From: Alphaproteobacteria bacterium
Lineage (GTDB): Bacteria; Pseudomonadota; Alphaproteobacteria; GCA-2731375
NCBI GenBank assembly: GCA_965232515.1
Contig: CBDDPY010000002.1
Location: 3,104,001-3,168,000 of the forward strand
Length of the DNA stretch: 64,000 nt
Reading direction: 5' to 3'
Both the position numbers and the translations under genes were made by a program. This document shows positions 8,860 to 18,341 of the stretch, in pieces. Every line of letters starts with the position of its first letter. Positions within the stretch are counted from its first letter, which is position 1. The notes beneath the pieces were generated by a model, which was given only the letters and a program-made list of their open reading frames with translations, was not told the origin of the DNA and made no database searches.

Positions 8860-10032
8860 ATGAACCTGAACGAGAATATTGTCAGCTTCCACGACGAGAT
8901 GACCAAGTGGCGGCGGGATCTGCATCGCCATCCCGAAACCGCGTTCGAGGAATACCGCACCGCCGACATCGTCGCCGAAAAGCTGGAAAGCTTCGGTCTC
9001 GAGGTGCATCGCGGCCTCGCCAAGACCGGCGTCGTCGGCGCGCTGCATGCCGGCGGCGGCAACCGAGCCATCGGGCTGCGCGCGGATATGGACGCGCTGC
9101 ACATCCATGAGCTGAACGAGTTCGAACACCGCTCGGTGAATGACGGCAAGATGCACGCCTGCGGCCATGATGGCCACACGACGATGCTGCTGGGCGCGGC
9201 CAAGCACCTGGCCGAGGCCCGCGATTTCGACGGCACCGTGTATTTCATCTTCCAGCCGGCCGAGGAGAACGAGGCCGGCGGCAAGGTCATGGTCGACGAC
9301 GGTCTGTTCGAGAAATTCGCCGTCGAGAGCGTCTACGGCATGCACAACTTCCCCGGCATCGAGGTCGGCCAGTTCGCCGTGCGCACCGGCCCGCAGATGG
9401 CCTCGGCCGACTTCTTCACCTGCGAGATCAAGGGCGTCGGCGGCCATGGCGCCTTCCCGGACCGGGCCCGCGACCCGGTTGTGGCCGGCGCCGAAATGGT
9501 CATGGCCTTTCAGAACATCGTCAGCCGGCGGCTGAACCCGCTGGAGCCGGCGGTGATCAGCGTGACCCAGTTCCATGCCGGCCATACCGGCAACGTCATT
9601 CCGGAGACCGCCACCCTGAACGGCACGGTCCGGGCCTTCAGCACCAAGGTGCAGGACCAGATCGAAGCGGCCATGCGCGAGATCGCGGCCGGGATCTGCG
9701 CGTCGCACGGCATCGAGATGGACTTCCGCTACGAGCGCAAGTATCCGCCGACAATCAACAGCGCGGACGAGACCAAGATCGCCGCGCGCGCCGCCGCCGC
9801 CGTCGTCGGCGAGGCGAACGTCAACACGAAACTGGAGCCGGTCATGGGCTCGGAGGATTTCGGCTGGATGCTGCTGGAAAAACCGGGCAGTTACATCCTG
9901 GTCGGCAACGGCACCAGCGGGCCTTCGGGCTGCATGGTCCACAACCCGACCTACGACTTCAACGACGAGATCCTGCCGATCGGCGCCAGTTACTGGGTGG
10001 CGCTGGTCCAAGAACTCCTGCCCGCCGCCTGA
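8860..10032 (+). CDS. M20D amidohydrolase (hippurate hydrolase-like)
   Basis: RRDLHRHPE, LRADMDAL, MHACGHDGH, FQPAEE, GSEDF, HNPTYDFND. Confidence 0.93.
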   Translation: MNLNENIVSFHDEMTKWRRDLHRHPETAFEEYRTADIVAEKLESFGLEVHRGLAKTGVVGALHAGGGNRAIGLRADMDALHIHELNEFEHRSVNDGKMHACGHDGHTTMLLGAAKHLAEARDFDGTVYFIFQPAEENEAGGKVMVDDGLFEKFAVESVYGMHNFPGIEVGQFAVRTGPQMASADFFTCEIKGVGGHGAFPDRARDPVVAGAEMVMAFQNIVSRRLNPLEPAVISVTQFHAGHTGNVIPETATLNGTVRAFSTKVQDQIEAAMREIAAGICASHGIEMDFRYERKYPPTINSADETKIAARAAAAVVGEANVNTKLEPVMGSEDFGWMLLEKPGSYILVGNGTSGPSGCMVHNPTYDFNDEILPIGASYWVALVQELLPAA

Positions 10033-10073
10033 GCTCATAGGATTCCACGGCGCCGATAACGGTTCGAAACCAT

Positions 10074-10097
10074 GCGAGACGAGACGTCTCGTCTCGC
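10074..10097. promoter_or_regulatory. Putative TetR operator
   Basis: Perfect 24-bp palindrome GCGAGACGAGAC-GTCTCGTCTCGC 14 bp upstream of the TetR start. Confidence 0.7.
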
Positions 10098-10111
10098 TTA
10101 TATACCGCATC

Positions 10112-10705
10112 ATGTTGATGACGGACCCCTCGCCGCCACGCTCACGCCGCTCGCCGGCAAAGCATCGGGCGATCCTGGCCGCCGCGGCCGACGCCGTGGT
10201 CGCCGACGGCTACCACGCCACCACGATCGAGCACATCGCCGCCCGTGCCGGCGTCGGCAAGCAGACGATCTATCGGTGGTGGCCGTCCAAGCCGGCGTTG
10301 TTTGTCGAGGTCTACAACGATCTCGTGCCGCGAGACGCGCTAAATGCCGATACCGGCGACGTTTTCCGGGATCTCGAAAGCCTGCTCGCCGGGCTGTTCT
10401 CGATCTACCGGCGCACACCGGCGGCCCGGGTGCTGGCCGGCCTGATCGCCGAAGCCCAGCACGACCCGGCCGCTGCCGACGCGGTGCGCGGCGGCCTGGT
10501 AATCGGCCGCCGCGGGCTGCTGACGGAACCGCTGCGGCGCGGCGTCGATCGCGGCCAGCTCGCCGCCGACTTCGACATCGAATGGGCAAGCGACGCCATC
10601 ACCGCGCTGATCTGGCATCGGCTGTTGAGCGGACGCACGCCGTTGACCGATGCCGACGCCCATGACCTGGTGGCGAAGCTGCTGAGCAAACGGGAGGCAA
10701 GCTGA
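10112..10705 (+). CDS. TetR/AcrR family transcriptional regulator
   Basis: HTH TIEHIAARAGVGKQTIYRWWPSK. Confidence 0.92.
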   Translation: MLMTDPSPPRSRRSPAKHRAILAAAADAVVADGYHATTIEHIAARAGVGKQTIYRWWPSKPALFVEVYNDLVPRDALNADTGDVFRDLESLLAGLFSIYRRTPAARVLAGLIAEAQHDPAAADAVRGGLVIGRRGLLTEPLRRGVDRGQLAADFDIEWASDAITALIWHRLLSGRTPLTDADAHDLVAKLLSKREAS

Positions 10706-11208
10706 TGCCGATCGACAGCCATGTCGAGATCACCGGCTACCGACCTGGCGCGCTGTCACGGGTCTGCGAGATGCAAACTCTCTACTACGCGCGCGAATGG
10801 GATTTCGGCTTGGCCTTCGAGACCAAGATCGCGGCCGAAATGGCGACATTCCTGACGAACTTCGATGCCGAAAAAGATCTGTTCCGCATTGCCGTCCGCG
10901 ACGGCGAGATCCTCGGCTCGATCACCATCATCGGCAACGACATCGGCGCCGATGAAAACATGGCGCATCTGCGTTGGTTCATCATGGATGACCGCCTGCG
11001 CGGCACCGGCACCGGTGGTGAGTTATTGCGCCAGGCCGTCGACTTTTCCCGCGAGAGCGGCCGCCGCGGCATCTACCTCTGGACCTTCGAAGGCCTGACC
11101 GCCGCCCGGCACCTGTATGAAAAAGCGGGCTTCCGACTTGTCGACTCGAATCCGGGTGTGACCTGGGGCAGGCAGGTCACGGAACAGCGTTTCGACCTGT
11201 TGTTCTGA
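10705..11208 (+). CDS. GNAT family N-acetyltransferase
   Basis: AHLRWFI, RGTGTG acetyl-CoA motif, ARHLYEKAGF; TGATG coupling to the TetR gene. Confidence 0.88.
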   Translation: MPIDSHVEITGYRPGALSRVCEMQTLYYAREWDFGLAFETKIAAEMATFLTNFDAEKDLFRIAVRDGEILGSITIIGNDIGADENMAHLRWFIMDDRLRGTGTGGELLRQAVDFSRESGRRGIYLWTFEGLTAARHLYEKAGFRLVDSNPGVTWGRQVTEQRFDLLF

Positions 11209-11219
11209 CCAACGCGGCG

Positions 11220-13307
11220 TCAGAGGGCCTTAATCCATACCGCGTTGTCGTGATAGGCGGCGCCGCCGACCGGGGCGGCGGGATCGGCGCCGGTCAGCGC
11301 ATTGATGCCGATGCCCTCCTCGAAGGCGTGGTTCGGCCAGATGCTCTCGACGATCACGACGCCGCGCTGCACGCCGTCGAAAATCTGCGTGTGGATGACG
11401 ATATCGCCGCGCCGGTTGCCCATGCGCACCCGCGCCCCGTCGCCGACGCCGACGCCGAGCGCCGATGCGTCATCGGGATGCAGCATCACCGTCGGCCGCT
11501 GCTCGCGTTTGATCGAGGTCGGCGTCTCGGTGAAGCTGGAATTGAGGTAGTTCCGCGCCGGCGCCGTCACCAGCCGGAACGGCAGCTCGTCGGTGGCCTC
11601 TTCGATCGCCGTCCAATGATCCGGCAGCGCCGGCGGTTCCGAGCCTGCGCCGTTCGGCCCGAAGCCGTGCGGCTTGGGCTCGGACCAATCGACCTTGAAA
11701 TGGAATTTGCCGTCGGCGTGGCCGAAGCCGTGCAGATAGTGCGCCGTCTCGAAATCCGGCTGGCAGTCGATCCAGCGTTCGCGCTTCACCGTCTCGGCGT
11801 CGGGCCAGCCCGAGGATTTCAGCGTCTCGTCGATGATCTCCCAGGGGCTCATCTGGAAACCGCGATGCTCGGCGCCCAGCCGGGACGCCAGCGCGCAGAT
11901 CACCTCATGGTTCGAGCGGCATTCCTCGGGCGGCTCGATCACCTTAGCGCCCATCAGGATGTGCTGGTGGCCGCCGCCCTGATAAAAGTCGTCGTGCTCC
12001 AGGAACATCGTCGCCGGCAGCACGATATCGGCCATTTTCGCCGTCTCGGTCAGGAACTGCTCGTGCACGCAGACGAACAGATCGTCGCGGTTGAAGCCGG
12101 TATGCACCTTATTCAAATCGGGCGCGATCATCATCGGGTTGGTGTTCTGAATCAACAGCGCCGATACCGGCGGTCCACCATGCAACGCCTCGGCATCGCC
12201 CGTCAGGATCGGCCCGATGCGGGCCTGATCGAGCACGCGGATCGATTTGTCGCGCGCATCCAGACCCTCGATCAGGGTCTTGTCCCAGTGAAAGATCGCC
12301 CCGTTGTTGTGAAAGGCGCCGCCGCCCTCGTACTGCCAGGCGCCCGTCACCGCGGCGATGCAGAGCGCCGCGTGCATGTTCACCGACCCATTGCGGCCGC
12401 GCGTGAAGCCATAGCCCAGCCTCAGGAAAGTCCGCTTGTTTTCGCCGATCAGCTTGGCGAAGGCCTCGATCTCGTCGACGCCCAGGCCGGTGATCTCCGA
12501 CGCCCATGCCGGTGTGCGCGACTGCAAATGCTGCTCCAGCTCGGTCGGCACGTCGGTATAGCGCTCGAGATAGGTGCGGTCGGCATAGCCGTCGCGGAAC
12601 AGCACGTGCATCACAGCGCAGGCGAGCGCGCCGTCGGTGCCCGGCCGCACGCAGAGGTGCATATCGGCCTGCTGCGCCGTGCCGTTGCGGTAGGTGTCGA
12701 CGGCGACGATCTTGGCCTGGCGTTCCTTGCGCGCCTTGACCGCATGCGTCATCACATTGACCTGGGTATTCACCGGATTGGTGCCCCAGATCACCACGAC
12801 ATCGGCCTTGGCCATCTCGCGCGGGTCGACGCCGGCGAGCTTGCCGGTGCCGGCGATGAAACCGGTGAAGGCCAACGTGGTGCAAACCGTCGAATACTGG
12901 CCGGAATAATTCTTCGCGTGCCGCAGACGGTTGATTCCGTCGCGCATCACCAGGCCCATGGTGCCGGCGTAGTAGTAGGGCCAGACGGCTTCCGAACCGT
13001 GCGCCTGCTCGGCCCGCAACATGCCCTCGGCGACCGCGTCCAGCGCGTCATCCCAGGAAATTCGCTCGAACCGGTCCGACCCCTTCGGCCCGACCCGGCG
13101 CATCGGATATTTCAGCCGGTCCGGGTGATGAATACGCTCCGCATAACGGGCGACCTTGGCGCAGATCACACCGTCGGTGTAGAGATTCTCGGCAGCGCCG
13201 CGCACCCGCCCAATGGTAAAATCGTCCAGTTTTTCGACCTCCAGCGCGCAGGTCGACGGACAGTCGTGCGGACAGGCGCTGGGATGGATCTCCGGCTTGG
13301 CGTTCAT
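11220..13307 (-). CDS. Molybdopterin-dependent oxidoreductase (DMSO reductase superfamily, single subunit)
   Basis: N-terminal CPHDCPSTC...C FeS motif, WGTNP, RPGTDGALA, DIVLPA, C-terminal molybdopterin dinucleotide-binding domain; no Tat signal. Confidence 0.9.
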   Translation of the reverse strand: MNAKPEIHPSACPHDCPSTCALEVEKLDDFTIGRVRGAAENLYTDGVICAKVARYAERIHHPDRLKYPMRRVGPKGSDRFERISWDDALDAVAEGMLRAEQAHGSEAVWPYYYAGTMGLVMRDGINRLRHAKNYSGQYSTVCTTLAFTGFIAGTGKLAGVDPREMAKADVVVIWGTNPVNTQVNVMTHAVKARKERQAKIVAVDTYRNGTAQQADMHLCVRPGTDGALACAVMHVLFRDGYADRTYLERYTDVPTELEQHLQSRTPAWASEITGLGVDEIEAFAKLIGENKRTFLRLGYGFTRGRNGSVNMHAALCIAAVTGAWQYEGGGAFHNNGAIFHWDKTLIEGLDARDKSIRVLDQARIGPILTGDAEALHGGPPVSALLIQNTNPMMIAPDLNKVHTGFNRDDLFVCVHEQFLTETAKMADIVLPATMFLEHDDFYQGGGHQHILMGAKVIEPPEECRSNHEVICALASRLGAEHRGFQMSPWEIIDETLKSSGWPDAETVKRERWIDCQPDFETAHYLHGFGHADGKFHFKVDWSEPKPHGFGPNGAGSEPPALPDHWTAIEEATDELPFRLVTAPARNYLNSSFTETPTSIKREQRPTVMLHPDDASALGVGVGDGARVRMGNRRGDIVIHTQIFDGVQRGVVIVESIWPNHAFEEGIGINALTGADPAAPVGGAAYHDNAVWIKAL

Positions 13308-13541
13308 TGGCTCGTCCCTGGAATTGCGGCCTGATTATCCTCGTCTCACGTCGGCACGGCAAGCCGTCGCCTGGTTAGCTGTTTGGAAACGCCTCTACCG
13401 GCACGAAAACGGGCCGGTCGTCCCGTATTTTGATCAGACTCTCTACGCACCCAATTTGTCGCCGATTCACCACGCGTGGTATGTTATGCAGCAACTTTTC
13501 GTGGCACGAACTGCGACCTTGCACCGCCCTGCCCTCGGAAT

Positions 13542-15329
13542 ATGGCTCAAAACCAAGCAGATTCGACCGGCGCGCTGCTGACCCGGCTGTTGCGCGAAAA
13601 AGTGCGGCCCCATGCCGGCCGCATCGTGCTGGCCGCCGTCTGCATGGCGCTGGTCGCGGCCTTGACCGGCGCCAATGCCTGGCTGCTGCAGCCAGCCATC
13701 GACGAGGTCTTCATCAAGCAGTCGACACTGATGCTGTATCTGGTGCCGGCAGCCGTGCTGGCGGTGGCCGTGGCCAAGGGCCTGGCGACCTATGGCCAGA
13801 GCGTGTTGATGGCGAATGTGGGGCAGCGCATCATCGCCGAGACACAGGTGCAGATGTATGCCCGGCTGATTCGCGCCGATCTGGCGCATCTGCACGAAAT
13901 CCATACCGGCAAGCTGATCTCCAGCTTTCTTTACGACGCCAACTTGCTGCGCGACGCGGTCAGCCGGGCGATTACCGGCATCGTCAAGGATCTGCTGACA
14001 GTCGTCGCGTTGGCCGTCGTCATGTTTATCCAGGACTGGAAACTGGCGTTTCTGACCATCTTTGTCTTCCCCCTCGCGGGTTTCGCCATCCGCAAGCTCG
14101 GCAAGCGCATGCGCAAGGTATCGGCCGCGACCCAGGTCGAGACCGGCAAGCTGACCCAGCATCTTGCGGAAACCCTGGACGGCGTCCGGCTGGTCAAGGC
14201 CTATGGCATGGAAGCGCACGAAACCGCTCGCGCCGGCGAGGCCGTCGAGCGGCGGCTGAAACATATTCTGAAGGGTATCCGAACGCGCTCGGCCGCGGCG
14301 CCGTTCACGGAGGCGCTGGGCGGCATCGCCGTTGCCGTCGCCATCCTCTATGGCGGCTGGCAGGCCCACGCCGGCGCGATGACGCTCGGCGCCTTCACCT
14401 CATTTCTGGCCGCGCTGCTGCTGGCCTACCAGCCGGTAAAGAGCCTGGCGAGCCTGAACGCGGCGCTGCAGGAGGGCCTGGCCGCGGCGCAGCGGATCTT
14501 CCAGGTACTGGACCGCGAGCCGCAGATCGTCGATGCGTCCGATGCCAAGCCGCTGTCCGTCACGGGCGGCGAAGTCGTGTTCGAACGGGTCGGCTTCCGC
14601 TATGTCGACGGCGCGCCTGCGGTGACCGATGTCAATCTGACGGCGCCAGCCGGTAAAACGGTGGCGCTGGTCGGCCCGTCGGGCGCCGGCAAGTCGACGC
14701 TTCTTAACCTGATGCCGCGGTTCTACGACGCGACCGACGGCCGGATCACCATCGACGGCCAGGATGTCCGCGACGTCACCATCGCCTCGCTGCGGGCGGC
14801 GATCTCGTTGGTCAGTCAGGACACGACGTTGTTCGACGACAGCGTCCGCGCCAACATCGCTTACGGCCGCCTCGATGCCGACGAGGACGAGATCGTGGCC
14901 GCGGCCAAGGCCGCAGCGGCGCACGACTTCATCATGGCCCTGCCCCATGGCTATGACACCACTGTGGGCGAAGACGGCGTCAAGCTGTCCGGCGGCCAAC
15001 GCCAGCGCGTCGCCATCGCCCGGGCGATGCTGAAGAACGCGCCGATCCTCCTGTTGGACGAGGCGACGTCGGCGCTCGATTCCGAATCCGAACGCCAGGT
15101 TCAAGCCGCTCTGACGGAACTGATGCAGGGCCGGACCACGCTGGTCATCGCCCATCGATTGTCGACGGTGGTGGCGGCCGACCGGATTTACGTGATTGAG
15201 AATGGCAGCATTATCGAAGCCGGCAGCCATGCGGAACTGCTCGCCCGCGGTGGCCGCTATGCCAAGCTCTACGCCCTGCAGTTCGACGACGAGCAGCAGC
15301 AGGTGCGGCTGGCCGGCGCCAGCGGTTGA
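13542..15329 (+). CDS. msbA: Lipid A export ABC transporter (MsbA-like)
   Basis: Six-TM domain plus GPSGAGKS, LSGGQRQR, LLLDEATSALD; first gene of the lipid A operon; start moved to ATG 13542. Confidence 0.85.
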   Translation: MAQNQADSTGALLTRLLREKVRPHAGRIVLAAVCMALVAALTGANAWLLQPAIDEVFIKQSTLMLYLVPAAVLAVAVAKGLATYGQSVLMANVGQRIIAETQVQMYARLIRADLAHLHEIHTGKLISSFLYDANLLRDAVSRAITGIVKDLLTVVALAVVMFIQDWKLAFLTIFVFPLAGFAIRKLGKRMRKVSAATQVETGKLTQHLAETLDGVRLVKAYGMEAHETARAGEAVERRLKHILKGIRTRSAAAPFTEALGGIAVAVAILYGGWQAHAGAMTLGAFTSFLAALLLAYQPVKSLASLNAALQEGLAAAQRIFQVLDREPQIVDASDAKPLSVTGGEVVFERVGFRYVDGAPAVTDVNLTAPAGKTVALVGPSGAGKSTLLNLMPRFYDATDGRITIDGQDVRDVTIASLRAAISLVSQDTTLFDDSVRANIAYGRLDADEDEIVAAAKAAAAHDFIMALPHGYDTTVGEDGVKLSGGQRQRVAIARAMLKNAPILLLDEATSALDSESERQVQAALTELMQGRTTLVIAHRLSTVVAADRIYVIENGSIIEAGSHAELLARGGRYAKLYALQFDDEQQQVRLAGASG

Positions 15330-15338
15330 TCCGGTTCC

Positions 15339-16073
15339 GTGCGCCTGAGCAAACGCATTCTGCGAAGCAACGCGGTACACGGCATCGTCTGTTGGCTGAC
15401 CGCGCAATACATTCGGCTGTGCTACGCGACCGGCCGCTGGCAGGTCATCGGCGGCGAAATCCCCGGCCGGCTTTGGGATCGGCAACTCCCCTTCATTCTC
15501 GCCTACTGGCATGGGCGCCTGTTGATGATGCCGTATAGCTGGCGGCGGTCGCAGCCGGTCCGGGTGCTGATCTCGCAGCATCGCGACGGCGAACTGATCG
15601 CTCGGACCATCGGGCATTTTGGCTTCGACACAATCCGCGGCTCGAAGCAGAAAGCGGGAAAAGAGAGGGACAAGGGTGGCGCCGCGGCACTGCGGGCGAT
15701 GATGAAGGCGCTGAAATCAGGCGAGTGCATTAACATCACGCCCGATGGACCGAATGGTCCCCGGATGCGCGCCAGCGACGGGATTGTCACACTGGCGCGG
15801 CTCAGCGGCGTCCCGATCGTTCCGTTGGGTCAAGCGACGTCGCGCCGCATAACCTTGAACACCTGGGACCGGTTCGTCATCCCGTTGCCGTTCAGCAGGG
15901 GCGTCTTTGTCTGGGGCACGCCCATCGAAGTGCCGCGCGCGCTCGACGCAGAAGCGCTGGAGGATGTCCGGCTGTCGGTCGAAACCGCACTCAACGCCGT
16001 ATCGGATGCCGCCGACCGCGAGGTCGGCCAGCAATCGATCGAACCGGCCCCCTTGGGACAGACCTCGACATGA
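15339..16073 (+). CDS. DUF374 / lysophospholipid acyltransferase family protein
   Basis: WHGRL, SQHRDG, IRGS, ITPDGPNGP, WDRFVIPLPFSR. Confidence 0.85.
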   Translation: MRLSKRILRSNAVHGIVCWLTAQYIRLCYATGRWQVIGGEIPGRLWDRQLPFILAYWHGRLLMMPYSWRRSQPVRVLISQHRDGELIARTIGHFGFDTIRGSKQKAGKERDKGGAAALRAMMKALKSGECINITPDGPNGPRMRASDGIVTLARLSGVPIVPLGQATSRRITLNTWDRFVIPLPFSRGVFVWGTPIEVPRALDAEALEDVRLSVETALNAVSDAADREVGQQSIEPAPLGQTST

Positions 16074-17371
16074 CATCGTCCCTCGTCACGCCTTTCCTTT
16101 ATCGCACGGCGACAAAGGTGTGCAGCCCGCTGATCAACACCTATCTGCGTCGTCGCCTGGCCCAAGGCAAGGAGGACGGCGCCCGGTTCCGGGAGCGACT
16201 GGGCTTTCCCAGTCAGCCCCGCCCTCACGGCATTCTGATCTGGGTACATGCGGCAAGCGTCGGGGAATCGATGTCGGTGCTGCCGCTGATCGAGGCGCTG
16301 GTCGCCGAGCGGTCGGACATGCATGTCCTTCTGACCACCGGCACCGTAACGTCGGCCAAGCTCATGGGAAGCCGGTTGCCCGCTCGCGCCTTTCACCAAT
16401 ACGTGCCCGTCGACCGCATTGCCGGGGTGCGCAGCTTTCTCGACCATTGGCGGCCCGACCTCGCCATCTGGGTCGAGTCGGAGTTCTGGCCGAACCTGAT
16501 CATGGAGACCCACGGCCGAGGCGTGCCCATGCTGTTGCTGAACGCGCGGGTATCGGAAGCCTCGTTTCAGAACTGGCAGCGCTATCCCCGCCTGATCGCG
16601 CCGATGCTGCAATGCTTCGATCTTTGCCTGGCGCAGACGTTGACGGATATCGGTCGCCTGACCTCGCTCGGCGCCGCCAGCGCAACCTGTCGCGGCAACC
16701 TGAAATGGGCCGGCAATCCATTGCCGGCGGAAGGGAAAGACCTGGAAAAGCTTGACCGCATGTTCGGTGACCGGCCACGCTGGCTCGCCGCCAGCACGCA
16801 TGCAGACGAAGAACTGATCATCGGCGAGGCGCATAAGATCCTGCGCCGCAACTTTGCCGGAACGCTGACCGTCATCGTGCCGCGGCATCCCAATCGCGGG
16901 CCCGAGATCGCCAAGGCGCTGAAAGAGGCCGGATTGAAGGTCCGCCGCCGGGCCGGATTCGAGCCGGCGGATGCCGAGACCGACATTTATCTGGCCGACA
17001 CCATCGGCGAACTCGGTCTGTTCTATCGTCTGGCCGATATCGTCTTTGTCGGCGGGTCGTTGATTCCCCATGGCGGTCAGAACCCGTTGGAGGCGGCGCG
17101 TCTCGATTCCGCGATCCTGTACGGGCCGCACATGTTCAACTTCTCCGAAACGGTCGATGCGCTTGAAGCCGCCAACGCCACCGCGACCGTCACCGACGCC
17201 GCCAGCCTGGCGGCCGAAATCATGCGGCTGACGAAGGACGAGGGTCTTCTGGACCGCCGGGCGTTGGCCGCCGCCAAGGTCGCGGCCGAAGGCCGGGAGG
17301 TGCTCGAAGCGGTCAAATCGGAGATACTCGGATTCCTGCCACCGGCCGAGAGCCTGCGTGAAAGCGCCTGA
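16070..17371 (+). CDS. waaA: 3-deoxy-D-manno-octulosonic acid (Kdo) transferase
   Basis: WVHAASVGE, ESEFWPN, ASTH, VPRHP, DTIGEL, GGQNPLE. Confidence 0.95.
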   Translation: MTSSLVTPFLYRTATKVCSPLINTYLRRRLAQGKEDGARFRERLGFPSQPRPHGILIWVHAASVGESMSVLPLIEALVAERSDMHVLLTTGTVTSAKLMGSRLPARAFHQYVPVDRIAGVRSFLDHWRPDLAIWVESEFWPNLIMETHGRGVPMLLLNARVSEASFQNWQRYPRLIAPMLQCFDLCLAQTLTDIGRLTSLGAASATCRGNLKWAGNPLPAEGKDLEKLDRMFGDRPRWLAASTHADEELIIGEAHKILRRNFAGTLTVIVPRHPNRGPEIAKALKEAGLKVRRRAGFEPADAETDIYLADTIGELGLFYRLADIVFVGGSLIPHGGQNPLEAARLDSAILYGPHMFNFSETVDALEAANATATVTDAASLAAEIMRLTKDEGLLDRRALAAAKVAAEGREVLEAVKSEILGFLPPAESLRESA

Positions 17372-18341
17372 GTTCTGGCGCTACGACGGCGCGCTTTCGC
17401 GGCTGCTGGCGCCGGCCGCTTGGGCCTATCAGGTCGGGACCGATCTGAACCGCCGCCGCGTGACGCCGAGAGGCGTCGGGACGACGGTGATCTGTATTGG
17501 CAATCTGGTTGCCGGCGGCGCCGGTAAGACGCCGACCGCGCTGGCCCTTGCCGGGATGCTGCGCGGTCGCGGGCGGCGGCCGCATTTCCTGACCCGCGGC
17601 TATGGCGGACGCATTTCGGGGCCGGTTCGCGTCGACCCGGCGCTGCACACGGTGGCCGAGGTCGGCGACGAGGCCCTGCTGCTGGCGGCGCGGGCGCCGA
17701 CCTGGCTGGCCCACGACCGCGTCGCCGGCGCAACGGCGGCGGTTGCCGCCGACGCCGATACCATCGTCATGGACGACGGTTTTCAGAACCCTTCATTGAT
17801 CAAAGACCTGTCCATCCTGGTCATCGATGCCGGTTATGGCTTCGGTAATGCACGGCTGCTGCCGGCTGGCCCCCTGCGCGAGCCGGCGCGGCATGGCCTG
17901 GCGCGCGCCGATGCCGTCGTGCTGATCGAAACCGCTGGCGCCGCCGCGCGGGCGCCGCTGCCAGTCTTGCCGAAACACCTGCCCGTGCTGCCGGCGCGAC
18001 TGATCCCCGACGAGGACGCCATGCGTTTCGCCGGCCGCCGCGTGTTCGCCTTCGCCGGCATCGGCCGGCCGGAGAAGTTCTTTCACACCGTCCGGTCCGT
18101 CGGCGCCGAACTGGTCGGACAACGCAGCTTCCGCGACCATCACGTCTACGATCCGCAGGAAATCATGCGCCTGGTCGAGGACGCCAGTGCCGCCGACGCC
18201 ATCCCGGTCACCACGGCCAAGGATCACGTGCGCCTGCCTGCCGAAGCCCGGCCCATGGTCGAAGTCCTGAATGTGCATCTGGCGTTCGACGCCCCGACGG
18301 CCGTGATGGAGCTGCTCGACAGCGTGGCTGTGAATGCTTAG
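17358..18341 (+). CDS. lpxK: Tetraacyldisaccharide 4'-kinase
   Basis: GNLVAGGAGKTP, RGYG, GDE, MDDGFQ, PAGPLRE, AGIGRPEKF, TTAKD. Confidence 0.95.
   Translation: MKAPEFWRYDGALSRLLAPAAWAYQVGTDLNRRRVTPRGVGTTVICIGNLVAGGAGKTPTALALAGMLRGRGRRPHFLTRGYGGRISGPVRVDPALHTVAEVGDEALLLAARAPTWLAHDRVAGATAAVAADADTIVMDDGFQNPSLIKDLSILVIDAGYGFGNARLLPAGPLREPARHGLARADAVVLIETAGAAARAPLPVLPKHLPVLPARLIPDEDAMRFAGRRVFAFAGIGRPEKFFHTVRSVGAELVGQRSFRDHHVYDPQEIMRLVEDASAADAIPVTTAKDHVRLPAEARPMVEVLNVHLAFDAPTAVMELLDSVAVNA

Noticed and set aside
11250-13334. Long antisense or alternative-frame ORFs (e.g. 11250-13334 +, 25711-28170 -, 46910-48436 +, 2406-4043 +)
   Set aside because: Shadow ORFs expected in high-GC DNA; they overlap genes with clear family motifs and have none themselves
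13502-13522. Sigma-54 promoter (TGGCACG) upstream of msbA
   Set aside because: The -12 TTGC element is not at the required spacing
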